This document shows positions 18,333-26,374 of a stretch of 37,731 bases of DNA, piece after piece. Made by a program: the position numbers and the translations under genes. Within the stretch, counting starts at the first letter, position 1, and every line of letters starts with the position of its first letter. Under the pieces are notes generated by a model. That model saw only the letters and a program-made list of their open reading frames with translations, had not been told where the DNA came from and made no database searches. Location of the stretch: positions 1-37,731 of the forward strand of contig JBDRPB010000014.1 in assembly GCA_043809485.1 (NCBI GenBank). Reading direction: 5' to 3'. The stretch comes from Pseudomonadota bacterium. Its GTDB lineage: Bacteria > Desulfobacterota > DSM-4660 > Desulfatiglandales > Desulfatiglandaceae.

Positions 18333-19502
18333 TCATTTTCCTTTGTTTAACCCTATCACCCAGTAAAAGATCTCCCTCAGGGGGCGATTGGTTTTCAATG
18401 CGACCTCACGACAGGCCTCATATTCCGGTAGAAAAAAGGGGGATCCGTCTCTTTCGAGGACCTTCTTGACCTTGATCTTACCCCAGGGGCTCTCAACTTC
18501 TGCCACAGAGCGTTGCAGTACCATACGCTGGGTGTATCGGAATCGAATGCCCAGGGTGCTGCTCTCCCTGAAAAAGATCTCCATCAACATATCCTTTTGA
18601 TCAGGACGGCCCATTACCTGGATCTGGATCCCAGGTCGATTTTTTTTCATCTGAACAGGACAGAAAACCACATCCAAAGCCCCGGCATCAAACAGCCGGT
18701 CCATAAGAAATCCCAGCCACTCAGGGCTTGTGTCGTCTATATTTGCCTCAAGTATAACAACGGTATCTACCTGGCCCTCAGTCTGCATATTCCCGATGAG
18801 AATCCGAACCAGGTTGGGCCTATCTGACAGATCTCTTTTTCCCACCCCATATCCGATCTTCTCTACCACCATGGGAGGCATGGGTCCAAAAGAAGTGGCA
18901 AGCTCTTTCACCAGGGCAGCTCCGGTTGGGGTCACCATTTCATGATGCGTCCCCGAATCATAGACCGGAACGCCCTCAAGGAGGGCAGTGGTGGCAGGTG
19001 CTGGAATCGGTATTCTGCCATGGGCAGTCTCTACAAAGCCAGAACCAAGAGGGAGGGGAGACACAAAAAGCGAAGTGACTCCTAACCGTTCAAGACCGTA
19101 CACAGTTCCGACTATATCAATGATCGAATCCACGGCACCAACCTCGTGGAAATGAACATCCTCTGGCGGCTTGTTATGGATTTTTCCTTCCACACTGGCA
19201 AGCTCTTCAAATATTCCGATACTTTTGTCCTTAACCCCACTGCTCAAGCTTCCCTTCCGGATGATATTCCTGATGACTTCCAGGTTCCTCGGAACCTGTT
19301 CCTGCCCTTCCGTTTTGACCACAAACCGCGTCCCGAAGATCTGGCTTCGCGCCTCCCGCTTCATTTCCAGACGAAAACTATCGAACGGGAGGGCCTGAAT
19401 TTTTTGATCCAAGTCTTCAAAGGAAAGGCCCGCATCCAGCAGGGCACCTATAAACATATCCCCGCTAATACCAGAGAAACAGTCGAGGTAGGCTATTTTC
19501 AT
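18333..19502 (-). CDS. larC: Nickel insertion protein LarC (DUF111; nickel-pincer cofactor biosynthesis)
   Basis: N-terminus MKIAYLDCFSGISGDMFIGALLDAG and HFHEVGAVDSIIDIVG are signature LarC motifs. Start moved to ATG 19502. Confidence 0.85.
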   Translation of the reverse strand: MKIAYLDCFSGISGDMFIGALLDAGLSFEDLDQKIQALPFDSFRLEMKREARSQIFGTRFVVKTEGQEQVPRNLEVIRNIIRKGSLSSGVKDKSIGIFEELASVEGKIHNKPPEDVHFHEVGAVDSIIDIVGTVYGLERLGVTSLFVSPLPLGSGFVETAHGRIPIPAPATTALLEGVPVYDSGTHHEMVTPTGAALVKELATSFGPMPPMVVEKIGYGVGKRDLSDRPNLVRILIGNMQTEGQVDTVVILEANIDDTSPEWLGFLMDRLFDAGALDVVFCPVQMKKNRPGIQIQVMGRPDQKDMLMEIFFRESSTLGIRFRYTQRMVLQRSVAEVESPWGKIKVKKVLERDGSPFFLPEYEACREVALKTNRPLREIFYWVIGLNKGK

Positions 19503-19639
19503 GTAACGGCTCCCTGTAAAAAACAGAAACCACAAAAAACCTTGCCGAACACGCAAGGCATTCTATCAGAACATTTTGATTTTTTTAACAAAACATCCTT
19601 TTAATGTCAATAAAGGAAAAGCCTGGCATGTCCTTATCA

Positions 19640-19667
19640 TTGACTTTGTTGCAGAAACGATTATAGA
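19640..19667 (+). promoter_or_regulatory. Putative promoter TTGACT-N16-TATAGA for the cytochrome/selenoprotein gene
   Basis: The -35 (5/6) is at 19640-19645 and the -10 (4/6) at 19662-19667. It sits about 30 nt upstream of ATG 19697, leaving room for the GAGG SD at 19687-19690. Confidence 0.35.
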
Positions 19668-19696
19668 CATAATAACCAGTTTTTTCGAGGTTTTCA

Positions 19697-21064
19697 ATGA
19701 GCCTGTTGTGTGGACTTAAGCGAACATTTTTTCTTGTGTCCCTGACAAACTTTGCGCTCTTTGCCCCATCAAGCATTGTTAGCAGTGAAGATGTGGATAG
19801 GAAACCATCTATCCGTGTAATCTATGGAGGAAGTCTGTTCGGTAGACTCAAACCGTGCGGCTGACATGAGTTACAGGCGGGGGGGCTTTCTCGCCAGAAA
19901 ACAGTGACAGATCGATTAATTGCCGAAGCGGGTCGGGAAAATACCATCGTTATCAATACGGGAGATAACCTTTTCCAAACCGGCGAACTGGAACTGGAAC
20001 ATAAGAAAGCCGAAGTGATATTTAAAGCCTTGGACAGGATAGGGATCGATTTTGTCGGCCTGGGTGAGCAGGAGTTCATTTTCGGAGTTCCGTTGATAGG
20101 CAATCTGACAAAGAACTCGCAGGTGCATTTGGGGTGTGCTAACGTAAAAGATATCCGCCGCGTGTCACCATATTTTGTTCCCTACTTACGGTTGGATAAG
20201 GGGATGAAACAGGTGTTGATTTCTTCTGTGATAGACCCACAGGTATTGAAATCGACCCATGAGAAAATAGCCTTCACCGATCCGGTTACGGCCCTAAAAA
20301 GGATAAAGAAAACCATCAGCCATGACATTTTCATCGTTATCTGCCATGCGGATGCTGTCAGCGCGGAAAAATGGCTACCCCAGGTAAGCGGCATTGACCT
20401 GGTGATTCTGGGGCGCCAACCTGGCGTTAGTGCGAAAAAACTGGAAATAAACGGGGCAATGTTAGCGTTTAACAATGACCGGGGCCAGTTCGTCTCCCAT
20501 GTCGATCTTGTGCCAAAGGATGGACGCTATGCTGTTTCTGGACCGCATAACACAGGGCTACAGGCAAAAACAATAGCAGAAGACAGGTCTGTTGCTAAGC
20601 TGATCGAGGAATATGAGGTCTGGAGCAGGGAATATCATTACGCAAAGAGCAAAAATCAGCATTTGGCCAAGGCACCGTCTGATATTGAAAACATCTATGT
20701 TGGTAAAGACCGTTGTATGGAATGTCATGAAGAAACAGTCGTTTCCTGGGCAAAAACCGCGCATGCAAGGGCCCTGGATTCGTTGATAAGAAAGGGGAAA
20801 GAATATGATCCCCAATGCCTTCCATGCCATGTAACCGGCATGAATGACAAGTCCCATGGCGGTGGGTTCATATCCCTTAATCTAACACCTCACATGGTGA
20901 ATGTTCAGTGTGAGCAGTGCCATGGTCCTGGCGGACTGCATGCCCAAGACCCGGAAAATGTGTCTGCCCGGTTGTCTGGAAAGCAAACTTGCCTGAGTTG
21001 TCATACCAAGGACACAGACCCCGGCTTTTCCTACCAGAAAAAACAAAATACAGGCATACACTGA
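19697..21064 (+). CDS. Exported tetrahaem c-type cytochrome fused to a degenerate metallophosphatase/5'-nucleotidase-like domain; in-frame TGA at 19862-19864 read as candidate selenocysteine (Cys-Gly-Sec)
   Basis: The track ORF (19904-21064) has four CxxCH motifs (20714, 20816, 20909, 20990) and no signal peptide. The same frame is open upstream except for one TGA. ATG 19697 with GAGG 6 nt upstream gives MSLLCGLKRTFFLVSLTNFALFAPSSIVSSEDVDRKPSIRVIYGGSLFGRLKPCG-U-HELQAGGLSRQKTVTDRLIAEAG... A hairpin lies downstream of the TGA. Confidence 0.6.
19876..19895 (+). promoter_or_regulatory. SECIS-like stem-loop starting 11 nt after the in-frame TGA
   Basis: Sequence ggcgggggggctttctcgcc folds into an 8-bp stem (5 G-C/C-G plus 3 G-U pairs) with a GGCU loop. 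The loop G residues lie about 22 nt after the U of UGA, inside the window usually described for bacterial SECIS elements. Confidence 0.45.
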
Positions 21065-21097
21065 AATTACATGACAGAGCCCAAAAGACGTGGTTCC

Positions 21098-22048
21098 TCA
21101 CAGTGAATTGAATGGCTCGGCCTGTTGAAAATCGGGCAAAAAGGGAGAGCGTGCGGTCTGGAGCCTTGGCCCTTTTTCTGGGAACTGAACAAAAAGATTT
21201 TCAAAGCCAAGTTCCATGGCATGGGAGTAACCTTTATCAAACTCTTCGTGGGAAAGAAGCCGGTTTAAAGCCTCATCTTTTTGCTGTGCTATTGGTTGGT
21301 ACTGTGACATAAGGCTTAGGGGCAGGCCCTTGCCAAACTCTACAAAAAGGCTGGTCAAGGCGTCCATGGAATTCCCCACATTCCCGGGCAGAATCAGATG
21401 CCTGACAAGAACACCTTTTTTTGCAATCTCTGACCCTTTCAAGAATGTGTCTAAAAACCCTTTCTGTTTGACCATCTCCCCGATCGCCTCAAGCGCCACT
21501 TCAGGGTAATCCCGGCATTTTGAGAGTTTCACGGCCAAAGATGACTCCGAATATTTGAAGTCGGGAAGGTAGATGTCAGCGTAATCTTCAGCGGCTTTTA
21601 ACATTTCTACGGACTGATATCCGGAGAGATTATAAAGCACTGGAAGATCAAAATTTTCTTTACGCAACAGAGCAACAAGGCGGAAAACATGCGGGAAGAA
21701 ATGGTCCGGAGTCACAAAATTGATATTGTGGACACGATGATTCCGGATCATATCTTCTATCTTTTCGAGCAATTCACCTGTACTTATTTCTACGCCCAGG
21801 CCTTTGTGCGAAATCTGATAATTCTGGCAGAAAGAACATCTAAGAGAGCAGCCCGTAAAAAAAATTGTTCCTGAACCATTCGCGCCCGTGATAGGAGGTT
21901 CCTCCCCGAAATGGGGCCCCACGTAGGCCACCCTTAGCTGATCCGTTTCTCCGCAAAACCCTGAATGACCCGCTCCATCGTCCATGACCCTGTTCACGCC
22001 GCAGTAACGGGGACAAAGACGGCAGTTTTCATAAGATTCCCTATACAC
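21098..22048 (-). CDS. Radical SAM protein, PflX-like (COG1313-type homologue of pyruvate formate-lyase activases)
   Basis: N-terminal Cys cluster CRLCPRYCGVNR...GFCGE plus the radical-SAM motif CSLRCSFCQNYQIS. The GTG start overlaps the stop of the upstream gene by 1 nt (TAGTG). Confidence 0.8.
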   Translation of the reverse strand: MYRESYENCRLCPRYCGVNRVMDDGAGHSGFCGETDQLRVAYVGPHFGEEPPITGANGSGTIFFTGCSLRCSFCQNYQISHKGLGVEISTGELLEKIEDMIRNHRVHNINFVTPDHFFPHVFRLVALLRKENFDLPVLYNLSGYQSVEMLKAAEDYADIYLPDFKYSESSLAVKLSKCRDYPEVALEAIGEMVKQKGFLDTFLKGSEIAKKGVLVRHLILPGNVGNSMDALTSLFVEFGKGLPLSLMSQYQPIAQQKDEALNRLLSHEEFDKGYSHAMELGFENLFVQFPEKGPRLQTARSPFLPDFQQAEPFNSL

Positions 22049-24141
22049 TAAACCAGGCCCCTGTCCACACCACAGGCAACCAACCTCTCAAACTCCTTAG
22101 AAGGTTTGTAAAACGGGAGACCGTATTTGTCATAGAGCCCTTGAAGCCTCTCCTGAGTGGCCTTTACCCCCTTCTGGCTTACATAGCGAGCAGGCCCGTG
22201 CCAGCAATCTGGGAAGCCGATCCCCAGTATGGCCCCGATATCCATACTGAAGTAGTCTCTCAAAACACCCTCATCAAGGCAGAGAAACGCCTGGTTTACC
22301 ATAGCGAGCAAAAGCAGCTCCTTGGCCTCATCCCTCTCTGGAGTGGGAAGAGATGTATTGCGAACGATAAATTCCAGGGCCGATTCATCAGGCTCAAGGC
22401 CGTTCTTGTAAAAGCAGGGTTTCCCGGCTCCAACATATCCCGCGTTATACATCTTGATCAGGGTTTCTGGAACGGGTATCAGGTCAGGCATTCGGGATTG
22501 CAAAAAAAGCCCTGCATGATACACCACGTTTCCCCCGGCAGTACCATACACATGCAAAGGCCCTTGAGGAAAGCCTGCCTCTAAAGCCAGCCGGTCCACT
22601 TCCCACGGGTCGAGCCCCATCTCTGCAAGATAAAAACCAGTCATCACCAAAACGCCAAATGTGCGGCTGGTGTAAAACCCTGGCCCATCACCCACAACGA
22701 TACAGGTCTTTTTCTGTCGACGACCTAAGACCACTGCTGTGGCAAGGGCAGTCTCTGAGGTCTTAGGTCCTTGAATCACCTCCAAGAGAGGCATAAGTGG
22801 TACAGGTGAAAAGTAATGCATCCCAACCACCTGCTGGGGGCGTTCTGACTTTGCTGAGATGTCCTCCATTGGTATGGTTGATGTGTTTGAGGCAAAAACG
22901 ATATCAGGATTGATATCCTGTACCTGCTTGAGAATCTTCTGCTTCAGATCCAGGTCTTCAAAGACGGCCTCTATCACCAGGGGAACGCCTTTAAGTTCTG
23001 CGTAATCCGCGGTAGCCCGGATGTTATTCATGACTCGATCTTTCCGCTCTGGCAGCCAGCGGCCCTTATTGACCAACGACTCCAGCCCTTTGGCGATTTT
23101 CTCTCTACCTTCCAGTGCGGTCTCTTCATTTAAATCAATAAGGAGCACTTTCATGCCATTATCGGCACATACCTGGGCCACACCCTGACCCATCAACCCG
23201 GCGCCGATGATTGCTATGTCCTGCATTGGAATGGCTTTTTTTTGATCAACCCTGGCCAGCTTGGGGCCAAGGCTGGTTATAGAAAAGAACAGATCAATCT
23301 TGTTTTTGACATTGGGTTCTGCGATCAGCGGTGCAAAATGCCTCACTTCGTTTTTAACGGCCTCCTCAAATGGCAAGGCAAGGCCCTCTTCAATGGCATC
23401 TATTGCTGCCTTGAAATATGGCTTCTCCGGGCATATGGTATAGCGATCCCTGGCCGTTTTAATAAGCTTTTCCCGCTCATCACTGCTCAACTGATAAGGT
23501 TCCTTCCACCCGGGATCGTAGTTTCTGTTTGTAATGTCTTTATTACTTTCTATCCATTTACTTGCCTCCAGGAAAACCTTGTCCTCAGAGACCATAGTCA
23601 ATATACCTGAGTTTTCATAAAATTCCGCAGGCAGAATCTTTCCACCCATAATCACATCCATGGCGGTTTTAAGACCCACAACCCGCCTGAGGGTCTCAGG
23701 CCCACCACCAGCAGGAAAGAGGCCTACGTTTACTTCAGGGAGTCCCAATCTGGATCCGGTTGTGGCAAAAATATAATCACAGGCCCATAGAAGAGACTCA
23801 AAACCGCCCCCAAGTGCTGTCTGGCCCTGAAGGACGGCTACCACAGGAAATGGGCTTTTTGCCAGTGACTCCAGGGTTTCCTGAAGTTTTAGAACCAGAT
23901 GTTTTAGGGCAAGGGGAGATGGGTCCTGCATGATCTCCAAGAGGTTCGCCCCATCCAGGAAACTTTTTGCCTTTGCCGAGGTCATAATAACACCGTTAAC
24001 CCCGTCGCTGCATGCCCTCCGTGTGGCATTTCCCAGGTCTACAATAAATTGCTCACCAATGGTGTTGACAGGTCCGGCCGTGTCAATCTCAAAAACAGCA
24101 ATGCCCTTTTCTCGATCGATTTTATATGTAATCTCCTGCAT
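22048..24141 (-). CDS. Bifunctional enoyl-CoA hydratase / 3-hydroxyacyl-CoA dehydrogenase (FadB/FadJ-like)
   Basis: 697 aa. N-terminal crotonase fold (ALGGGFESLLWACD, GLPEVNVGLFPAGGG), then an NAD Rossmann motif IAIIGAGLMGQGVAQV and HADH C-terminal domains. AAGGAG SD. Confidence 0.9.
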   Translation of the reverse strand: MQEITYKIDREKGIAVFEIDTAGPVNTIGEQFIVDLGNATRRACSDGVNGVIMTSAKAKSFLDGANLLEIMQDPSPLALKHLVLKLQETLESLAKSPFPVVAVLQGQTALGGGFESLLWACDYIFATTGSRLGLPEVNVGLFPAGGGPETLRRVVGLKTAMDVIMGGKILPAEFYENSGILTMVSEDKVFLEASKWIESNKDITNRNYDPGWKEPYQLSSDEREKLIKTARDRYTICPEKPYFKAAIDAIEEGLALPFEEAVKNEVRHFAPLIAEPNVKNKIDLFFSITSLGPKLARVDQKKAIPMQDIAIIGAGLMGQGVAQVCADNGMKVLLIDLNEETALEGREKIAKGLESLVNKGRWLPERKDRVMNNIRATADYAELKGVPLVIEAVFEDLDLKQKILKQVQDINPDIVFASNTSTIPMEDISAKSERPQQVVGMHYFSPVPLMPLLEVIQGPKTSETALATAVVLGRRQKKTCIVVGDGPGFYTSRTFGVLVMTGFYLAEMGLDPWEVDRLALEAGFPQGPLHVYGTAGGNVVYHAGLFLQSRMPDLIPVPETLIKMYNAGYVGAGKPCFYKNGLEPDESALEFIVRNTSLPTPERDEAKELLLLAMVNQAFLCLDEGVLRDYFSMDIGAILGIGFPDCWHGPARYVSQKGVKATQERLQGLYDKYGLPFYKPSKEFERLVACGVDRGLV

Positions 24142-24177
24142 CTAATTATCTCCTTGTGACTTGCATTTCGCGCCTGT

Positions 24178-25374
24178 TCATTTAACCTGAATGATAACCG
24201 CCTCACCCTGGGTCAATCCACCGCAAATGGCAGCCACGCCTTGACCCCCACCACGTCGTCTTAGTTCATACATTAGAGTCATCGCTATCCTGAGGCCCGA
24301 GGCACCCACGGGATGACCGATTGCTACGGCCCCGCCATTAACATTGGTCTTTCTGAGTAGCCCGTACCATTTCCGCTCATCTTCCCCGGCTAAAATCTTG
24401 GTGCTCACAAGGGGCATGGCGGCAAATGCCTCGTTTATCTCGATAAGATCCATGTCATCGATGGCCATACCGTTCTTCTTAAGTACCTTTTTTATTGTCA
24501 TAGCCGGTATCCAGGAAATGCCATAGGGCATATCGGTTTCGCCGGCCAGATCAACTATTGTACCAAGGGTCGAAAGGCCTAAGGATCTTGCCTTTTTCTC
24601 AGTCATAACCACCATGGCTGACGCGCCATCATTTAGTCCCGGGGCATTTCCGGCAGTAGTGGTTTTTGACCCAAATACAGCAGGGAGTTTCTCAATCATG
24701 GCGATGCTTCCATTGGGCCTGGGCATTTCATCAACAGAAAACAAATATTCCTTTCGTCCTTTCCTGACCTTTATTGGAACGATTTCATCTTCAAATTTTC
24801 CCGCCTTCATGGCATCTGCCCATTTCAGGTGTGAGCCCATTGCAAAGGTATCCAGCATCCTTTTTGAAATGCCGTATTTCTCTGCTCCGTCAGAGGCGTC
24901 TACTGCCACTGAATTATACCCGGGATAGAAAATAGGAAATATTGGGTCAGACAGCTTCACCTCACCGATCCTCACTCCAGTTCTTAATTGCCGACTCAAG
25001 TGCGGGACCCTGCTCATGGCCTCCACTCCGATTACCAGGGCCGAATCAAGTTCACCGAGCCGCATTCCCCAAATGGCCATGCGGAGTGCAGTAAGGGGGG
25101 AACAACAGGCAGTATCCAGGGTTGTTGTAAAGACATTGAGTCCCAGTTTGAGACCTATCTGCCTCCCAACCACAGAACCTGCTTCAAAGGCGCTGGGGAT
25201 ACAATTCCCAACGAAAACCTGATCAATATCTCTGCTTATATCCTTTCCGGGAGCTTTAAGCACTGCCTTTGCCACATGGACGGCCGCATCAAGTGGTTCC
25301 GTTTCCGACAGAGAACCCAAATATTTACCAAATGGGCTCCTTTTGGCACTCACAATCACAAAATTTTCTGTCAT
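24178..25374 (-). CDS. Acetyl-CoA C-acyltransferase (thiolase)
   Basis: 398 aa. Active-site region LDTACCSPLTAL. C-terminal NVNGGAVAIGHPVGASGLRI and AAICGGLTQGEA. AAGGAGG SD. Confidence 0.9.
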   Translation of the reverse strand: MTENFVIVSAKRSPFGKYLGSLSETEPLDAAVHVAKAVLKAPGKDISRDIDQVFVGNCIPSAFEAGSVVGRQIGLKLGLNVFTTTLDTACCSPLTALRMAIWGMRLGELDSALVIGVEAMSRVPHLSRQLRTGVRIGEVKLSDPIFPIFYPGYNSVAVDASDGAEKYGISKRMLDTFAMGSHLKWADAMKAGKFEDEIVPIKVRKGRKEYLFSVDEMPRPNGSIAMIEKLPAVFGSKTTTAGNAPGLNDGASAMVVMTEKKARSLGLSTLGTIVDLAGETDMPYGISWIPAMTIKKVLKKNGMAIDDMDLIEINEAFAAMPLVSTKILAGEDERKWYGLLRKTNVNGGAVAIGHPVGASGLRIAMTLMYELRRRGGGQGVAAICGGLTQGEAVIIQVK

Positions 25375-25415
25375 AGCCTTTCCTCCTTTAAAAGGACGTC
25401 CATAAAATTATAAAA

Positions 25416-25574
25416 TTAATTTTCCAGAAGACTAACTCCCTTCTCCTTTATGATCTTCTCACCTCTTTTTACCGAAATACTCACCGCCGGCTGGGTAAGG
25501 TTGAGCTCTTTGGCCAGTGAAAGGGTATTTATCAAGGTCCGCGAATTCCTGGACAGTCTTAGCGCGCAAGGGAT
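25416..25574 (-). pseudogene. Start-less remnant of a helix-turn-helix protein C-terminus
   Basis: The frame directly after the MBL gene stop reads IPCALRLSRNSRTLINTLSLAKELNLTQPAVSISVKRGEKIIKEKGVSLLEN*. The LAKELNLTQPAVS...RGEK pattern is HTH-like. It has no ATG and no SD. Confidence 0.35.
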
Positions 25575-26300
25575 TTAAGTGAGATAGGGCGCCCACTGAT
25601 TTGCTGTCTCCAGAATATACCCGGACTGGACATGCTCCACAATACGGTTATGACCCGGTAACAGGACATCCACTTCCAGTTCGGCAAGGGTAAGAAGTGA
25701 GGCCCTGAGTGTAGGGCCATTTGCCCCGTGGAGATCAAAACGGCCAATGGCATAATCCGCATAAACCACATCTCCCGGGATGAGAGTTTTTTCAGATCGA
25801 TTATATAGCGCAATGCTGCCTTGAGAATGCCCTGGAATATGGATCACCTCCCAGGTCATATCCCCCATCTTTAGTGTTTCGCCTCCCTCAAGCTTACGAT
25901 CAATTTCAAATTTAAACGCATCCTTTTTAATATTATACTGGGCCTGGCACATGCTCTTGAACATATCCATCCCATAGACGATTCTTTCATCGCCTTGTTC
26001 CAGGGGTTCTGCCTCCTTAGTATGCACCCAGAGTTTAGCGTGCGGAATTTCATTCAGGATCTCCTTTAGACAGCCAATGTGATCCAGGTGCGTGTGGGTC
26101 ATGATCACCCTTTTTATGTCTGAAAGCGAAAGACCCAGCTTTTGAATTGACTCGATTTTGTAGGCACCTTTCCCCATCAGCCCTGCATCAACAAGGGTAA
26201 GATCTCCGGAAGTGGGTTTCCCTATCACGTATACGTGGGAGTCGGGGATAAATTCGTCCTGGCCCGGGATATAAAAGACTCCTTCTGAAATCTGTTTCAT
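25575..26300 (-). CDS. MBL-fold metallo-hydrolase
   Basis: HTHLDH (HxHxDH) motif, downstream HIPGHSQGS and a conserved Asp/His. Start moved to ATG 26300, preceded by AAGGAGAAAG. Confidence 0.85.
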   Translation of the reverse strand: MKQISEGVFYIPGQDEFIPDSHVYVIGKPTSGDLTLVDAGLMGKGAYKIESIQKLGLSLSDIKRVIMTHTHLDHIGCLKEILNEIPHAKLWVHTKEAEPLEQGDERIVYGMDMFKSMCQAQYNIKKDAFKFEIDRKLEGGETLKMGDMTWEVIHIPGHSQGSIALYNRSEKTLIPGDVVYADYAIGRFDLHGANGPTLRASLLTLAELEVDVLLPGHNRIVEHVQSGYILETANQWAPYLT

Positions 26301-26374
26301 GTCTTTCTCCTTAGAGTAATTTCGCCACACCATAACCTATCAAGTTAGAAAATTGCTACCGCAATTTTTTAGAA

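Noticed and set aside
12126-19502. The larC-pgpA-cinA-thpR-recA-alaS co-directional cluster without recX, considered as something unusual
   Set aside because: cinA-ligT(thpR)-recA linkage is a known arrangement in several bacteria, and recX is not universally adjacent. This is ordinary housekeeping synteny.
19585-19776. 63-aa minus-strand ORF
   Set aside because: It lies across the promoter, SD and signal-peptide region of the cytochrome gene. It has no SD and no recognisable motif.
19862-19864. The TGA as an ordinary stop, with the cytochrome re-initiating at GTG 19904; or the gene as a frameshifted pseudogene
   Set aside because: Not fully excluded, but disfavoured. The GTG-started product would be a multihaem c-type cytochrome with no signal peptide. 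The 55-codon upstream ORF would be an orphan signal peptide. The frames before and after the TGA are identical, so no frameshift is involved. A hairpin sits at SECIS distance. A TGC/TGT-to-TGA sequencing error remains possible.
25559-25813. 84-aa minus-strand ORF overlapping the MBL gene 3' end
   Set aside because: It is out of frame with and nested in the MBL hydrolase gene, with no SD or motif. The HTH-like remnant is in a different frame (the MBL frame).
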